In this document: in pieces, positions 27,150-41,916 of the stretch
Numbering within the stretch: the first letter of the stretch is position 1
Layout: each line of letters opens with the position of its first letter
The notes under the pieces: model-generated
Seen by the model: the letters and a program-made list of their open reading frames with translations, nothing else
Told to the model about the DNA's origin: nothing
Database searches by the model: none
Made by a program: the position numbers and the translations under genes
Assembly (NCBI GenBank): GCA_964016885.1
Contig: OZ024742.1
Location: forward strand, 181,350,001 to 181,414,000
Length of the DNA: 64,000 bases
Source of the DNA: Eledone cirrhosa
Lineage: Eukaryota
Direction: 5' to 3'

Positions 27150-30100
27150 TAGTTCGGTATTGTTGGTCCAACATATTTATACCGATAATAACATGAAAAA
27201 TAACATGAACAATAATAAGAAGAAAAGCATAGCGAGATGAGGGATAGTAAGATAATGGTATTAAAAAATAACATGAAAATAAAGTGATATGAAAAGACAA
27301 TAAGATAAAAATAAAAATAAAAATAAAAATAAAAATAAAAATAAAAATAAAAATAAGATGAAGAATTGAAAATAAAATAAGGGATTAAGCAAGTAGAAAG
27401 TTACAAAATAGAGAATGAGGATAAACAATAATACATAAGAAGTGTGTATATCTATAAATATATATATGTATATATATATATCATCATCATCATCATCACC
27501 GTTTAACATCCATCTTCTCCGCTAGCATGGGTTAGATGGTTTTGTTCCACTTGATGCGGGATTGGTCGGGAAACCGTGTCTTGCACGTACAGAATTGTCC
27601 CTGGCAGGTTTTCTATGGCTGGATGCCTTTCCTAACACCAACACATTTACAGTGTGGACTGGGAGCCTTTTTACTGTGTCTCCTACACAATCACTTTACA
27701 TATATGTGCGTGTGTGTATGTGTGTATGTATATATATAATGTATGTATGCATGAGTGTGTGTGTGTCTATGTGTCTGTGTGTGTATATATATATATTATA
27801 TACTTATTCATACATTTGAATTTACAACCATGAGGAAAAGTGAGCTCAATACCAAAATAGAGAATATTAAATATTTATTATATTACTGAGATTTTTCTTT
27901 CTTGCTATTCTAAGTTTCATGGATTGCTGTCGAGCACATATCTATGAATGGTGTTTTAACACAAACAATGTGTATGGCAAATATAATGGATGTGGCTATT
28001 ATAATAATTCATTGAATGGGACTGGCAGTTTTTCTAAAAATTCAGTTTCAACAATTAGATATTAATCATTAACATCATCATTGTTTAATGTCTATTTTCC
28101 ATGCTTGCATAACATGTATATATTCTTTCCTAACTTCTATTTAAATATATATATTTAACAAGAGTATTCAAATTTGGACATACCTGAGTAAGTTTAATTA
28201 GATAAGGAATGGTCACACAATGGTTACAGTATATAAAAAATCTCAAGTTAAGTTAAGCAACTTTTAGATTTAAGTAGATAAGCTATGTAAGAAAACATGG
28301 CAGTATCGGTAGAGGGTCGGACACCATGCTTTCCAGCTTAGTTACGTCCCTCTATGGTCTGAGTTCAAATCCCGCCAAGGTTAACTTTGCCTTTCATCCT
28401 TACGGGGTCGATAAAATAAAGTACCAGTAACGTACTGGGTAATTGCTGGCCGTGTGCCTAAAGTAGAAACAATTATTAACAATATAAAAAAAAAATGATT
28501 TAAGTTGTTCAGCTTTTAGTACATAGTTTCTATAGCTATCACATTTACTGTCAGCTGTTGATAGAATTTATGGCAGATTTTTGGTATTTTGAACTTTTAG
28601 CAACAAAAAGCACCCAGTCAACTCTGTAAAGTGGTCTTGGAGGTATCACGATAAAAAGCACCCAGTACTCACTGTAAATGGGCTTGGCATTAGGAAGCAA
28701 GCCAAAATCAGACTGTAGAAACCAAGCCAAAATCAGTTCTGTATGATCAAGACATGGTCACCTGACCTAACATTGCCCACAACAGAACAACTAATCTAAC
28801 CCATGCAGTGGAAATATGGACGTAAAATGATGATGATGATGAGGATAGAAAAGGGTTTTCTTTGCCTTCAAATTAGCAATCTAACCATGAACAGTTGTTA
28901 TAAAAATATTTTCTTCACCCCCCCCAGTTCCATACCTCTCTTGGTTCCATCAGCTGACATTCATCTAACTATACACTGTTTGTTGTGAATTTTATAAGTT
29001 GAGACTTTGATATTTTGACATATTCCTTTTTGTTTACAGTGTCTTGAGAAAGTTTTGCGATGTAAAAATAATAGTTTCATTCAATTCAACTAATTTGTAT
29101 AAGACCTAGCTGATTTATGAAGCAATGGGATATTTGAAATTTGAAAATAGGGTCGCTGTAATGTAGATAACTACAGTAATACTTGATAATTGCAATAGGT
29201 AATTATTGAAGAAATCAGGTAGAGTACTGCTAGAGATTGAAAAAAATGAACAGGATGCCTGCAGGGAATTGAACCAGGTATCACTCATATATTTTCTTCA
29301 TTGAATGGAGCCAGCAAAGGGTTTGAGATGACTTACCAATCTACATATCTATATAGTAACCTCTCTAATGCTGGTGCCATGATAAAATACACCCAGTACA
29401 TTCTGTAAAATGGAAGTGCATCTAGATGTAGAAACCATGCCAAAATATAGAATGTATGAGCAAGATGAGGTTTCTCTGATCCTCTGCGTCTCAAATCATG
29501 ACAACCCATCCAGCCCATACCACCATGAAAAGCAGACATAAAATGATGATGATGTTGATATATTAATGCTTGATGAAAATGAAATACTTGATAATGTGAC
29601 TTCAATAGGGTGTGAAACCATGAAAAATACACCCAGTACACTCAGTAAGGTGGTTGGGGATAGGAAGGGCATCCAGTGATAGAAAGCATCAAGCAAAGAG
29701 TCAGGAGGATTCTTTAGCAGAGTAAAAAAACATGACGACCTTTTGCTGGTGCCATGCACTTGGTAGACTATGAGAATGTATGTAAATAATGGTACCTGGC
29801 CCATTACCACTTGAGTACAGACTCAGTCTGTGAATACTTGTTCAACCATTGTTAGTAGGAAAGATGACTAAGTTCTGAGTTCAAAATCTCTGTTAGGTAG
29901 AGGCATGGAGTGTCTAGTTTGCCTTTTATCTATCTACACAGGAGAAAGTGGTGGGTCATTAAAATAAGTATAAGTCCTATATAGAAAGTGAATCTGCCAG
30001 AGAATTACATTGAGAGTACACCTGTCTGTGGAATACTCAGCCACTTACATGTTGGTTTCACATATAGGCTGTTTCATTGATCAAACAATAGGTGTAATCA

Positions 30101-31746
30101 TTGCTGGAATCCAACCGAGGTTAATTTTTATTTCTTACACTGGCACACTAGCCTAATGATACTATCTTACAAGAGTACAAGAGAAAGTTATAGATTCAGC
30201 ATGATAGATTATAATAAAACTGCATCTTTGAATTTACAGATACAATCTATCTGATTGGCTTCTAAATTTGCCATCTCCCAAATTTCACTCACAATGCGTG
30301 GGTAGACCTAAGGGTATGGTGAAAGCAACCTGGTAACGTAGTCAGAATCATATGATTGTGAAGCAAATTTCTTAACCACTCACCCATGTCTGTCTAAAAG
30401 AAACTGTGTTAATGTTTTTTTTACAGCCAACAAAGCAGAAACATAAGCTTAAGTAAATTTATTCCACATGCCACCACTATAAATGAAACTTAAGGGTCAG
30501 TCCACCTCAGGATGGAGGAGACATGGCAGTGGAGACGCACTGAAACAGCTACTCCATCTCACAGGGCTAGCACTTGTGGGTAACTAGCTGTGCTCTGATA
30601 GCAGGGAAATTAATATTTTAAACAAATGAACATATAATGATATGCAAATTACTTTTATAATATTTCTAAGGGCACTTAACAAACTCTGAAAAACAATTTA
30701 CATTTAAATTATTAACAATAAATAAGCTTGTCTGTGAAAACTATTTACTTTCAAACTACAGCTAATGCTATATTTCAATCTAATGACTTTTTAATCAGAA
30801 ACAAATTATGCTTAATTAGTTTACAAATATTCATAATTTGATAAAGATATGCAGATACAAGTATTTATTAATTCAGAGCACAGGTAAGACAATTTGAGTC
30901 AACTTATAATTTGTAAGCAATGAAATTAGCTAACACAACACACATACAGGCAAGCATGAACACACACATACACAGAGGCAGTCATTAACACACTCATACA
31001 CAGAGGCAGGCATGAACACACACATACACAGAACACACACACACAGACATAGATAATCATTATCTCCATTCAACATCTATTATCCATGTTTGTTAGCCGA
31101 GTCTATCTTCTGTGACTGGACGCTTTAGATGACAACCTTTTACTCATACGTTCTGTTTTTGGCAGTGTTCCTATAGATGAATGCCTTTTATAGCATAGAC
31201 AGGAAGCATTTTATTGTCAGCTGAACACTACCACAACCTCATATATATATATATAACCACAAAGTGGTTAGAGCATTGGCCTTGCAATCGAAAGGTTGTA
31301 AGTTCAATTCTCAGACCTGGTGATGTGTTGTTTCCTTGAGCAAGACACTTTATTTCACATTGCTCCAGTTTACTCAGCTGTAGAAATGAGATGATAGGGA
31401 CTGAGGTCCCTATCATTCCACTGCAAAGTGGTCGTGGAGGTGCCATGGCAAAAAAGCACCCAGCACTCACTGTAAATGAGGTTGGTGTTAGGAAGGGCAT
31501 CCAGCTGTAGAAATCAAGCCAGAATCAGTTCCTGTCCCACCCTTGCAAGCAGGGAAAAAGCAGACGTAAAATGAAATGATGATGATGATGATGATATATA
31601 TATATATATACATACATATACACACACGCACATATCTATCTACCTACCTATCTATCTATATATATATACATATATATATACATACATATACACACATATC
31701 TATCTAAATAAATAAATAAAGAAAGAAAGATATCCATATATATATA

Positions 31747-32614
31747 CAGGGTGCGGACGATATTTGTTCGCAAGATTACTGTCTAGGAAAAAATAACACA
31801 GTAGTTTTATTTTTTAAGATATATTTATCAAACTTGGGTCAGTTTGTCTTCATGACTTGTTCTTTCGATCTCACTCGATAAACCCACCATTTGCTTTGAT
31901 GACGGCCTCAGGGCGGCCTTGGAATTGGCTACAGGCCTTCGTCACTGTCCCCCAACTTAGGCCCCTAAAGGCACTTGTGATCCTGGCCTTCAGATCGTCT
32001 TTCATATTGCAGCTAGATCTGTTGGTGTCTCGTTCCACTGCACCCCACACAAAGAAGTCGAGGGGGTTGCAGTCAGGCGAGCTGGGAGGCCAGATGTCAG
32101 GTGAAGTGTGCTCGACGAAGTTCTCTGACAGACAGGCTTGGGTCTTTCGGCTGGTACGGCAGGGCGTTGAGTTTTGCTGCCTACCTACAGCTACCTGGTT
32201 GATCCAGGGCTTTACTACCTCACTCAGAATGCAGATGTAGCCATCGGTGTTCAGCTTGAGGCCTTCAGGGAAGAAGTGAGGTGGCATGACGTCACCTTGA
32301 CTGCTGACCAATGTTGTCGCTGGAAACTTTGTCTTCATGACTCTGGGCACGTCTTTGGATGAGACACCATTCTCCTGCTGACGCTGAGAAAGTCTGAAAT
32401 TTCCTTATTTGTCCTCCTGACGCGGATTCCAAGAAGAACTCCGTGTTTCTTCCACAAATTTGGAGGTTCAAAATTATTCATAATCAATTATTCTGAAAAT
32501 AAATAATGGAAATATAGTCACTGTTTTTATGAAGACAAGAGTGACAACGGAAGTAAAAAAAATTTGCATAAAATTAGTAGTTGAAAATTACGAACAAATA
32601 TCGTCCTCACCCTG
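31747..32614 (-). mobile_element. Tc1/mariner (maT/DD37D-like) internally deleted element
   Basis: 24-bp TIRs CAGGGTG(C/A)GGACGATATTTGTTCG, TA TSD; ORF 31871-32350 with WPPSSPDCNPLDFFVWG. Confidence 0.9.
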
Positions 32615-32934
32615 TATATACATACATACATATACGTATATATACATATACATATATATACACATGCACACATATCTACCTACCTACCCTATCTATCTAT
32701 ATATATAAACATATATATATATATACATACATATACAACACACACATATCTCCTACCTACCTATCTATCTATATATATATATATATATATAGATAGATAT
32801 ATATATATACATACATATACATACATATACCCACACACACACATATCTAGCTACCTACCTATCTCTCTCTCTATATATATATATACATACATATATATAT
32901 ATATACATATACATATATATATATACATATATAC

Positions 32935-34110
32935 ATCCAACACTTTACCAATCACCTTAAACATGCTTTGTCTTTTGTTGAATCACCAAATCGGATGAGC
33001 AGATCAAAGCTGGATTTTGGTCCATAGTTTCCATAGGTGGCCTTGAGCCAATCATTTGTGAATCGAACATAACAGGTCGAAAATCAATAAAAACATGTAA
33101 ACAAAACTTCACACAGCACCCAGCTCTCACTACCATGCAACATTACTGATCGTATGCATGTACCATACAGTCTACCTTTCATTTTGAGGGAAAAAGCCTT
33201 TTGTAGTAGTTCCTGAACTGCTTCCATCCAGTTCTTACTTTGGCTACTGTACTTTCCGAACACCCATCTCCACTGCTAATTTGGTCACCCAGGTAGCAGA
33301 AGCTGTCTACTGTTTCTACTGAGCCTTCGAAGAATTTGATAGCGCTTGTTTCCTGTGGTCATTTGCTGCTTACTGTCCCGGTGTAACTGCTACATGTAAA
33401 GCCTACGTTCTTAGCTAAACTTCATGAGATCCCACTACATCTCCTGTGTACCCATAGTTTGCATTTGCGGCAGAGGAGGGAATTTTTACCTACACCTTTC
33501 CTACAAACTGAGGAAGGACATTTCCCTGGGGGGATCTGGATTATGTTTTATCTTCTACTTACTATGACCTTAGTCTTTGTCAGGTTGACTTTAAGACCCC
33601 TTCTTTCTAGTCCCTGCTTCCATGTTTGGAATATCTTCACTAGTTCCACCATAGATTTTGTTATGAGTCTAAGATTCCATGGGCAGCTGGTCTTAAACTC
33701 CTCTGTTATAGCCTGTAGTATGATAATAAACAGAAGAGGGCTAAGAACAGAGCCCTGGTGGGTGCCAACTTGTACGCTAAATTCCTCGCTATAGTCATTG
33801 TTAATCCTAACTTTGCTGACCACTCCCCTATATATAGCCGGTATAGCCTTCACAGCCACTCATCTACTCCTAATTTTCAAAGAGCCCAGTAGATATATGG
33901 CATGGGGCACTTTGTTGAAAGCTTACTCTGGATCAACAAATTCCAGGTTGAGCCGCTTACTTTTAGCTAGGTACTTTTCCTGTAACTGCTTCACCAGGAA
34001 GAAGGCATCTGTGGTGTTTTTGCTTGGTACAAATCCGAACTGCATCTTATTCAGATTTACCTAGTCCCTACTCAGTTGTGTTATAACTCTTTCTGTTACT
34101 TTCATGATTG
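32935..34110 (-). mobile_element. RTE-clade LINE fragment, degraded
   Basis: QVGTHQGSVLSPLLFIIILQAITEEFK; homologous to 38598-39500. Confidence 0.85.
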
Positions 34111-34194
34111 TTCATTCATTCTTTCTATATATCAACTTTTATAACATTTTTTAAATGTTTGCAATAATGCGAGTGAAGTTTATATATATATATA

Positions 34195-34590
34195 CTAGCT
34201 GGCCCCATGCCGTCAGAAATGACAGCTAATTGTAATATCTATACATTATATAAAAAAAGAGATGATTGTTTGTTTGTTGGTTACTTGGTTGGTTCCTTCA
34301 CGCTCACTCACACAAGTGATACAAACACAAATACACAGCTGTGACGAATATTAGAACGCTGGGCTTCTATAGTTTCTCACCACCCACTCCTTCCTCAGTC
34401 ATCACATAGATGTGTGTGTATGTAATGATTATTTTTTCTAAGTGTGTCTGTTTCAGTCCACGTAATCATCCCTTCCTTCCTCAGTCGACGTAATCATCCC
34501 TTCCTTCCTCAGTCGACATAATCACCCCTTCCTTCCTCAGTCAACTCTACTGTGTTACGGACAAATACACAAGGCTATTATGTAGATTTT
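34195..34590. mobile_element. Possible Helitron/Helentron-derived non-autonomous remnant(s)
   Basis: ACTAG...GCCGTCAGAAATGACAGC hairpin, (GTTT)n-like tract, 28-bp tandem at 34455-34545. Confidence 0.35.
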
Positions 34591-34713
34591 TAGCTTGTTT
34601 TATTATGCTTGTTGTTGTTGTTGCTACTGTTGTTGATCTTGATGATGATGTTATTTTCACTGTTGTTGTTGGAGTAGTTGATGTAGATGTAATAGTTGTA
34701 GTGGTGGGGTTTA

Positions 34714-34754
<41 letters not shown>

Positions 34755-37700
34755 ATAGTAGTAGTAGTAGCAGCAGAGTAGTAGCAGTAGTCGCAGCAGT
34801 TGATTTATTCTGTCCACCCAGATGATTATCACATAAACGATTAAGAGATGTGAAGGTGATAGCAGAAACTTTCCTTCTTTTATGTTCCACCATCATTATT
34901 TTCGTTCTTATAAACTTTATCTTCATATATCCTTTATTGGACAGTACCCTTGTATTCAGCATATAGGTGAGCTGAGTGCAGTAACAGAGGTGAGAACATG
35001 AAGCAGTATCAATAACAGTAACAACAGCCATACATAAATTCACATATGCACACACATATATGAATAACCACACACACGTCCATATACATATATATATTAG
35101 TTCAGAGACAGAGATTTAAATTTTCTACCCACACAAAATCATTTTTCTCACTATTTAACGTATTAGTGTGAACTCTGCTTTCATTTTGGTTGGTATCTTT
35201 ATGATGCTGGCTTAATTAAAGCATTGAGTGAGGGAGAAAACGGTTGAAGATATATCAATTCTTCTGATGACTTTATTTCAATATTATTGGAGGCACATGG
35301 CTTAGTCGTTAGAGCATTGGCTTTGCAATCGAAAGGTTGTGAGTTCAATTCTCAGACCGAGTGATGTGTTGTTTCCTTGAGCAAGACACTTTATTTCACA
35401 TTGCTCCAGTTTACTCAGCTGTAGAAATGAGATGATAGGGACTGGGGGGGTCCCTATCATTCCACTGCAAAGTGGTCATGGTGGTGCCATGGCAAAAAAG
35501 CACCCAGCACTCACTGTAAATGAGGTTGGTGTTAGGAAGGGCATCCAGCTGTAGAAATCAAGCCAGAATCAGTTCCTGTCCCACCCTTGCAAGCAAGGAA
35601 AAGGTGGACGTAAAATGAAATGAAAATGAAATGATTATTATTATTATATATGTGTGTATAGGATGACAGCTGCATAAAAAGGTGCAGAGGGCTAAAAGTC
35701 GATGGAAGCCTTGAAGTGGAGAGACTCAAAAGGAGATGGGATGAGGTGATAAAAGCTGATCTTGCCCAATTGCATCTCTCAAAGCCGATGATACAGGACT
35801 GAGACCTCTGGCGTTACGCAGCAATTTAGAAGACCCAACTTTCCACTGGTACAGGTTGAAGCATATAGACAGTATGCCTCTCCCCCTCCCACTGTAAATT
35901 GTTTATACTGATGTTGCTGGAAGTTAGTCCAAATTATATGGCAGCAATAAAAAATAATCATTACTTGGATTAAAAATTCCTTTACAAGAGGGACAAATGT
36001 ACGAGTGCATTACTTAGAATGATAATTTCAGTTAGGTCTAATTAATTAGGATAATTTCAATTGCCTTCTCCTCCATTTATTCTGCTCATACTTGCTCTGC
36101 TTACCTTCTGCACTTAACTCTCATTAAATATTAACCTTTCTATAATATTTAACACTGCACCTCTAAGCATTGAGCACACTTTGCATCGGTTATTGGTGTC
36201 TAGCATACTGTATCATAATTTTTTCACTCTCTCTTTCACTGATGTCCCTCCTTTGATATATATATATATATATTTATTTATATATATATATATACAGGCA
36301 CACACACACACACATAAATAGCTGCCACTAGTTCTATGACACTCTGATTTAAAGTTGTTTATATTTATCTAAAATCTTCTACCATAAGTTCATGTATGAA
36401 ATTTTATTAAGTTAGGTTTCAAACACCAACTTAATAATTGTTCCAGTTGGTTCAAAACAAGACAACCTCTCTAGTGCTGGTGTCATGATAAAATGCATTT
36501 GGTAGAATGCAGAACTATATACAAGTGAAGTGCAAAACCCGGTCTGCCTGGGAGATTAGTGACCGCATTTCAGTACAAACCCAGTTTGTGAAGACCCATC
36601 GCACCTCTGCTAGCTTTTTAATATCTATCTTTCCATAGTTCCTTGTGTTGTTCTAAATTTCTGTTCAATGATTTTAGTCAATGCCCCACCTCTGCACCAA
36701 ATGTCATTATTGCTATGATACACTGGTAAAAAAATCGGTACTTCAGCCTCAGTGGCAACTTATGTTTCATGATGTCAGTAAACTCTTTTGATATTGAACT
36801 GCTAGAAACAATTCCACTAAGCTGTTTATTTTAAAGTTTTTCTACTAATCTATGTTTTAGCTTGCCTCAACAAGTATTAGAGGGAGGTTCAGGCATCCTT
36901 TGTGGTTTGTGACCAATTGACACGCTTAGTGTTGATTTAATATTTTCTTTTATTTTGATTTTATATTTTCATGTGAAATATTTATGTAATTAAGTAATAT
37001 GTGTCTATGTTGAATTTTGACAGCTATGGCATTTGAGTTTGTAATTTCAAGCTATCTATATTGTCAGCATATTTGTTCAAGGAAAAATATGTGAACTTAG
37101 CTATTATGTAATTTCACATTCACTGATTTATTTTGATATACTAAATTAAATCATATCTGAAGAAAATATTTATCTAAAAAATGACCGTCATAATTTCATG
37201 TAACCTTTGTTAGGTTATGTTTTAAAAGGTTAGTTATATTATTGAATTCTTCCAAATTCTTGATTATTTTCAAAAATATTTGAAAATCATAGTGTCTTTT
37301 ATAAAAAATATGGTAATGAAAGAGTTAATTTATTCAAAGCACATCATCTAACATGGCTTCATCTTTTTGCTTCATCTGTATGCCTGTATTCCATGTTTAC
37401 CAAATGGCCAAGAGAGTTGCTATGATAGTTTCATGGTTGACCGTGATGACTTTACTTAGTCCTATGTTGTTGCTTTCACTGTTCACTTCATTTAACACAT
37501 TTCCAGTTCATGAAGAAGATAGACAACCATTGTGTTTAGGTTTCATTCATTATGAACAATCTTTTGAGTATTCAAATCGCAGCTTTACTTGAAACTTTTA
37601 TTGATCAGGGTAACATCAAACTTATATGCAGATTATTAAGAAAATCTATAACAAAGGAACATCATCTAGATTTCATGCTGAAAGTTATAATATCACCATA

Positions 37701-38361
37701 ACTATTTAATGCTGCACTGGAAGGCATTTGTAGAAAGCTTAACTGAGATGAATAAGGAATAAACATAAATGGGAAATTTTTAAGTCTTTTATGCCTTTCT
37801 GACGATATAATTCTCTTTTAAAATGATGCTTAGGCAGTCAAACAAATATACACATTTATACACACTCACAGACAAATATGCACACACATATATATATATT
37901 GACAATAGGTGCACAGGCACCAGAGCAATACATTTTAGTTCATATTTAAACACTAGGAGTGCACAATGGCTCAATATGTAGTCAGTGCTATGACTTTATG
38001 TCTTTCTAAATTCAACAAACGTAAAAAATGGAACTAAAAAAATATAACTCTTCAAGAAAGTATGGAATAATTACTGCAAGTTATCTCACAGGAGATATAG
38101 CTTCACACTTTAGTATTTACTTTACTCTATATTTACTATTGTATTTTCACAGTAAACATTTTATTTCATATAATACTGAATCAATGAGATTTTGATATTA
38201 TTTATTTTGAGAACAATACCTTAACATAAGTATGAGCAGCTGGTTATGGCCAGTTTGAACAGAAAGAGGTGAGAGAATTCTGGCAGGATATAGCTGGTTT
38301 AAAAGCTAAAGAGTTAATATTAAAATAAAGATTAAAGCACACTTTATGTTCACATGTGACA

Positions 38362-38551
38362 GTCAGCTGAAAAGTTCATAGATTAACCAAGACACTCTCA
38401 TGGAATGACCAAAAAAGATTTATTTTTCAGCATAGTCCCTGGAAAGAAACAATGTAGTTATTAATATGAAGAGATGAAATTAATGCAGGAAAGATTTCAC
38501 AGCTCTAACATCACTTCTTCATAGTCAGCTGATGAACTTTTCAGCTGACAC
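38362..38551. mobile_element. mariner-like MITE remnant (related end at 40112-40210)
   Basis: GTCAGCTGAAAAGTTCAT ... ATGAACTTTTCAGCTGAC inverted ends. Confidence 0.6.
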
Positions 38552-38597
38552 TTGTGTGTGCGTGAGTGTGTGAGTGTATATATATATATATATATAT

Positions 38598-40108
38598 AGC
38601 TAAAAGTAAGCAGTTCTACCTGGAATTCATCGATCTGGAGAAAGCCTTCGACAGAGTCCTCCGTGCTATAATCTGGTGGGCTCTTAGAAAACTAGGAGTA
38701 GATGAATGGCTTGTGAAAGTTATACAAGCCATGTACAGGGGAGCAGTCAGCAAAGTTAGGGTTAGCAATGATTATAGTGAGGAATTTAGCATACATGTCG
38801 GTTCTGTTCTTAGCCCTCTTCTGTTCATTATAGTTTTGCAGGCAATAATGGAGGAGTTTAAGACTGGATTCCCATGGGAACTCCTATATGCGGATGATCT
38901 CACACTTATAGCTGAATCTATGGTGGAACTAGAGAAGAAATTCCAAACATGGAAGCAGGGACTAGAAAGAAGGGGTCTCAAAGTCAACCTGACAGAGACT
39001 AAGGTCCTCGTAAGTAGATAAGAAAATAGAACCCAGATCCCCTCAGGGAAATGGCCTTGCTCAGTATGTAGGAAAGGTGTAGGTAGGAACTCCATCCTCT
39101 GCCCCAAATGCAAACAATGGGTACATAAGAGATGTAGTGGGATCTTAGGAAGCTTAGTTAAGAATGTAGGCTTCACATGTAGCAGCTGTGTTGGGAAAGC
39201 AAGCAGCAAACGGCCACAGGAAACAAGCACCACCAAACTCTGGGAGGGCTTTGTAGAAACAGTAGACAGCTTCTGCTATCTAGGTGACCGAATTAGCAGC
39301 GGAGGTGGGTGTTTGGAAAGTACAATAACTAGGATAAGAATTGGATGGAAGAAGTTCAGAGAGCTACTGCCACTGCAAGCTGCAAAAGCTTTTTTCCCTC
39401 AAAATGAAAGGCAGACTGTATGATGTGTGTATACGAACAGCAATGTTACATAGTAGTGAAACCTGGGCGCTGTCTGTAGAAAACTTGTGTAGATTAGAAA
39501 GAAACGAAGCTTGCATGCTCCAATGGATGTGTAATAGTAATATACATGAATGGCAAAGCATAAACAAATTGAGAGAGAGACTGAGCACAAGAGGAACCAA
39601 ATGTTGTATGCAGGAGAGTAGGTTGCGTTGGTATGGACATGTGATGCGTATGAAGGATGACAGCTGCATAAAAAGGTGCAGAGCACTAGAAGTCGATGGA
39701 AGCCGTGGAGTGGGGAGACCCAAGAAGACCTGGGATGAGGTGATAGAAACCGACCTTACCCAATTGCACCTCTCAAAGGCGATGACACATGACTGTGACC
39801 TCTGGTGTCACGCAGTAATACAGAAGACCCGACTTCCCACAGGTACAAGCCGAAGCTGAAGCATATAGACAATATGTCACCACCCCCTCCCACTGTAAAG
39901 TGGTCGTGGAGGTGCCACGGCAAAAAAGCACCCAGCACTCACTGTAAATGAGGTTGGTGTTAGGAAGAGCATTCAGATGTAGAAATCAAGCCAGAATCAG
40001 TTTCCATATGAGCAAGACAAGGTCAGCTGGCCGGACACTGGCCACAACAGGACAACCCGTCTAACTCATGCTAGCATGGAAGAACAGACGTAAAATGGTG
40101 ATGATGAT
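38598..40108 (+). mobile_element. RTE-clade LINE, 5'-truncated, with 3' UTR
   Basis: FIDLEKAFDRV, GSVLSPLLF, ELLYADDL, Cys-rich insert, RLRWYGHVMRM, GRPKKTW; tail GACGTAAAATGGTGATGATG. Confidence 0.92.
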
Positions 40109-40364
40109 ATACGAGGGTTGGCTGAAAAGTTCATAGGCTATCCAAGACATTCTCATGGAATGATCAAGTAAGGTTTATTTTTCAGCATAGTCCCTGGAAA
40201 GAAACAATGCATAAGAACCTATAACGATCTGCAAGGTTATAAGAACCTATAACGATCTGCAAGGTTATTGTTATCATCATATTTTTAACATTCACCAATT
40301 CACATTGTGGTAGGCTTCAAACGCTATTTTCTACACTTTACACAATACTTCAAGCAAACACACT

Positions 40365-40393
<29 letters not shown>

Positions 40394-40396
<3 letters not shown>

Positions 40397-41431
40397 ATTC
40401 ACAAGAATCAAAGCTATGTTCAAAGCATTTATTCACTTACAATTGTTTCATCCAAACCTAGGCTTGGTGTCTTCGGAGCATTTTTCAATGCTTGTACATA
40501 TAATTGACCTCCTATCCAATGCAAGAGACATACAGATATATATATATATATATTGATGTACAGTGGAGTGACATATATTATACTATACTATACTTGTACA
40601 GCAATTCAAATTTAAAATCAAAATTAAAATACATGCGGCAGATAACACAGATAATACAAGAGGATAGTTCGATAATCAGAGCTAGTATATAGTGTATGCG
40701 TTAGTCATACATGGAGCATGCAAGTGTGTCTCATTTATATACGAGTATTGTGTGGCAAGGTGTTACATGTAATGCAAGCACTTTAAGCGGGTAAACAAGA
40801 GTATTATGGTGTTTGTAGTGTGAGGGTATTTTTTGTATAGATCCATCACATATGTTACGATGAATTCGTATTGAATGTTTGATGTAGTAAATGACTATAA
40901 CTTCCTTTTTCTGAATGTGAAAATGGTGGTGGATGCGAAAACTATAACTTTCTTTTTCTTTTTCCGCACACATACTTTTTTGATCTATACAAAAAATACC
41001 CTCCCACTACAACCACCATAATACTCTTGCTTACCCGCTTAAAGTGCTTGCATTACATGTAACACCTTGCCACACAATACTCGTATATAAATGAGACACA
41101 CTTGCATGCTCCATGTATGACTAACGCATACACTATTGACTGGGTCTGATTATCGAACTATCCTCTTGTATTATCTGTGTTATCTGCCACATGTATTTTA
41201 ATTTTGATTTTAAATTTGAATTGCTGTACAAGTATAGTATAGTATAATATATGTCACTCCACTGTACATCAATATATATATATATATATCTGTATGACTC
41301 TTGCGTTGGATAGGAGGTCAATTATATGTACAAGCATTGAAAAATGCTCCGAAGACACCAAGCCTAGGTTTGGATGAAACAATTGTAAGTGAATAAATGC
41401 TTTGAACATAGCTTTGATTCTTGTGAATTCT
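40394..41431. repeat. Long inverted repeat (~450-bp arms, ~138-bp spacer), PLE-terminus-like
   Basis: 40394-40843 is the near-perfect reverse complement of 40982-41431; HHR in each arm. Confidence 0.92.
41345..41391 (+). ncRNA. Hammerhead ribozyme, CCGANGA core variant (mirror copy at 40434-40480, minus)
   Basis: TGCT-CCGAAGA-CACCAAGCCTAGGTTTGGAT-GAAA-CAATTG-TA-AGTG. Confidence 0.7.
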
Positions 41432-41883
41432 ATATAACTGCTCTGTAGAACAACTGATGTTATTACATTGAGCTATTTATCTTACTGGTAATAAGGTAGT
41501 AATACATTACTGACCTTCCCTGTTTATAGTTTAAAATATACATAACTATAAATAGTATCCTTAATATTATATATATATATATATGAGTCCCGGGCCCAAT
41601 CGGGGGCAACCAAAAGTAGTAAGGTACCCAATACACTAGTAGAGTGTATACAACAAATTTTTATATAGAAATGGGTTCTACAAGACTAGAACTGTTTCAT
41701 TCAAAGGAAATCATCAGGAGAGGTTTTGAATGAAAGAGTTCTAGTCCTGTAGAACCATTTCTATATTAAATTTGTTATATATATATAAATATATATATTT
41801 TTTTCAAAGTAAAATGACAGGAGGCCAGGCAAGTTGAATTCCATTAGTTATTTATTCCTGCAAACATTATGCAAATTTAAACG

Positions 41884-41916
<33 letters not shown>

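Noticed and set aside
30511-30558. Three-way junction GATGGAG...CAGTG-GAGACG-CACTGAAACAGCTA-CTCCATC resembling an HHR
   Set aside because: No CUGANGA core between stems I and II
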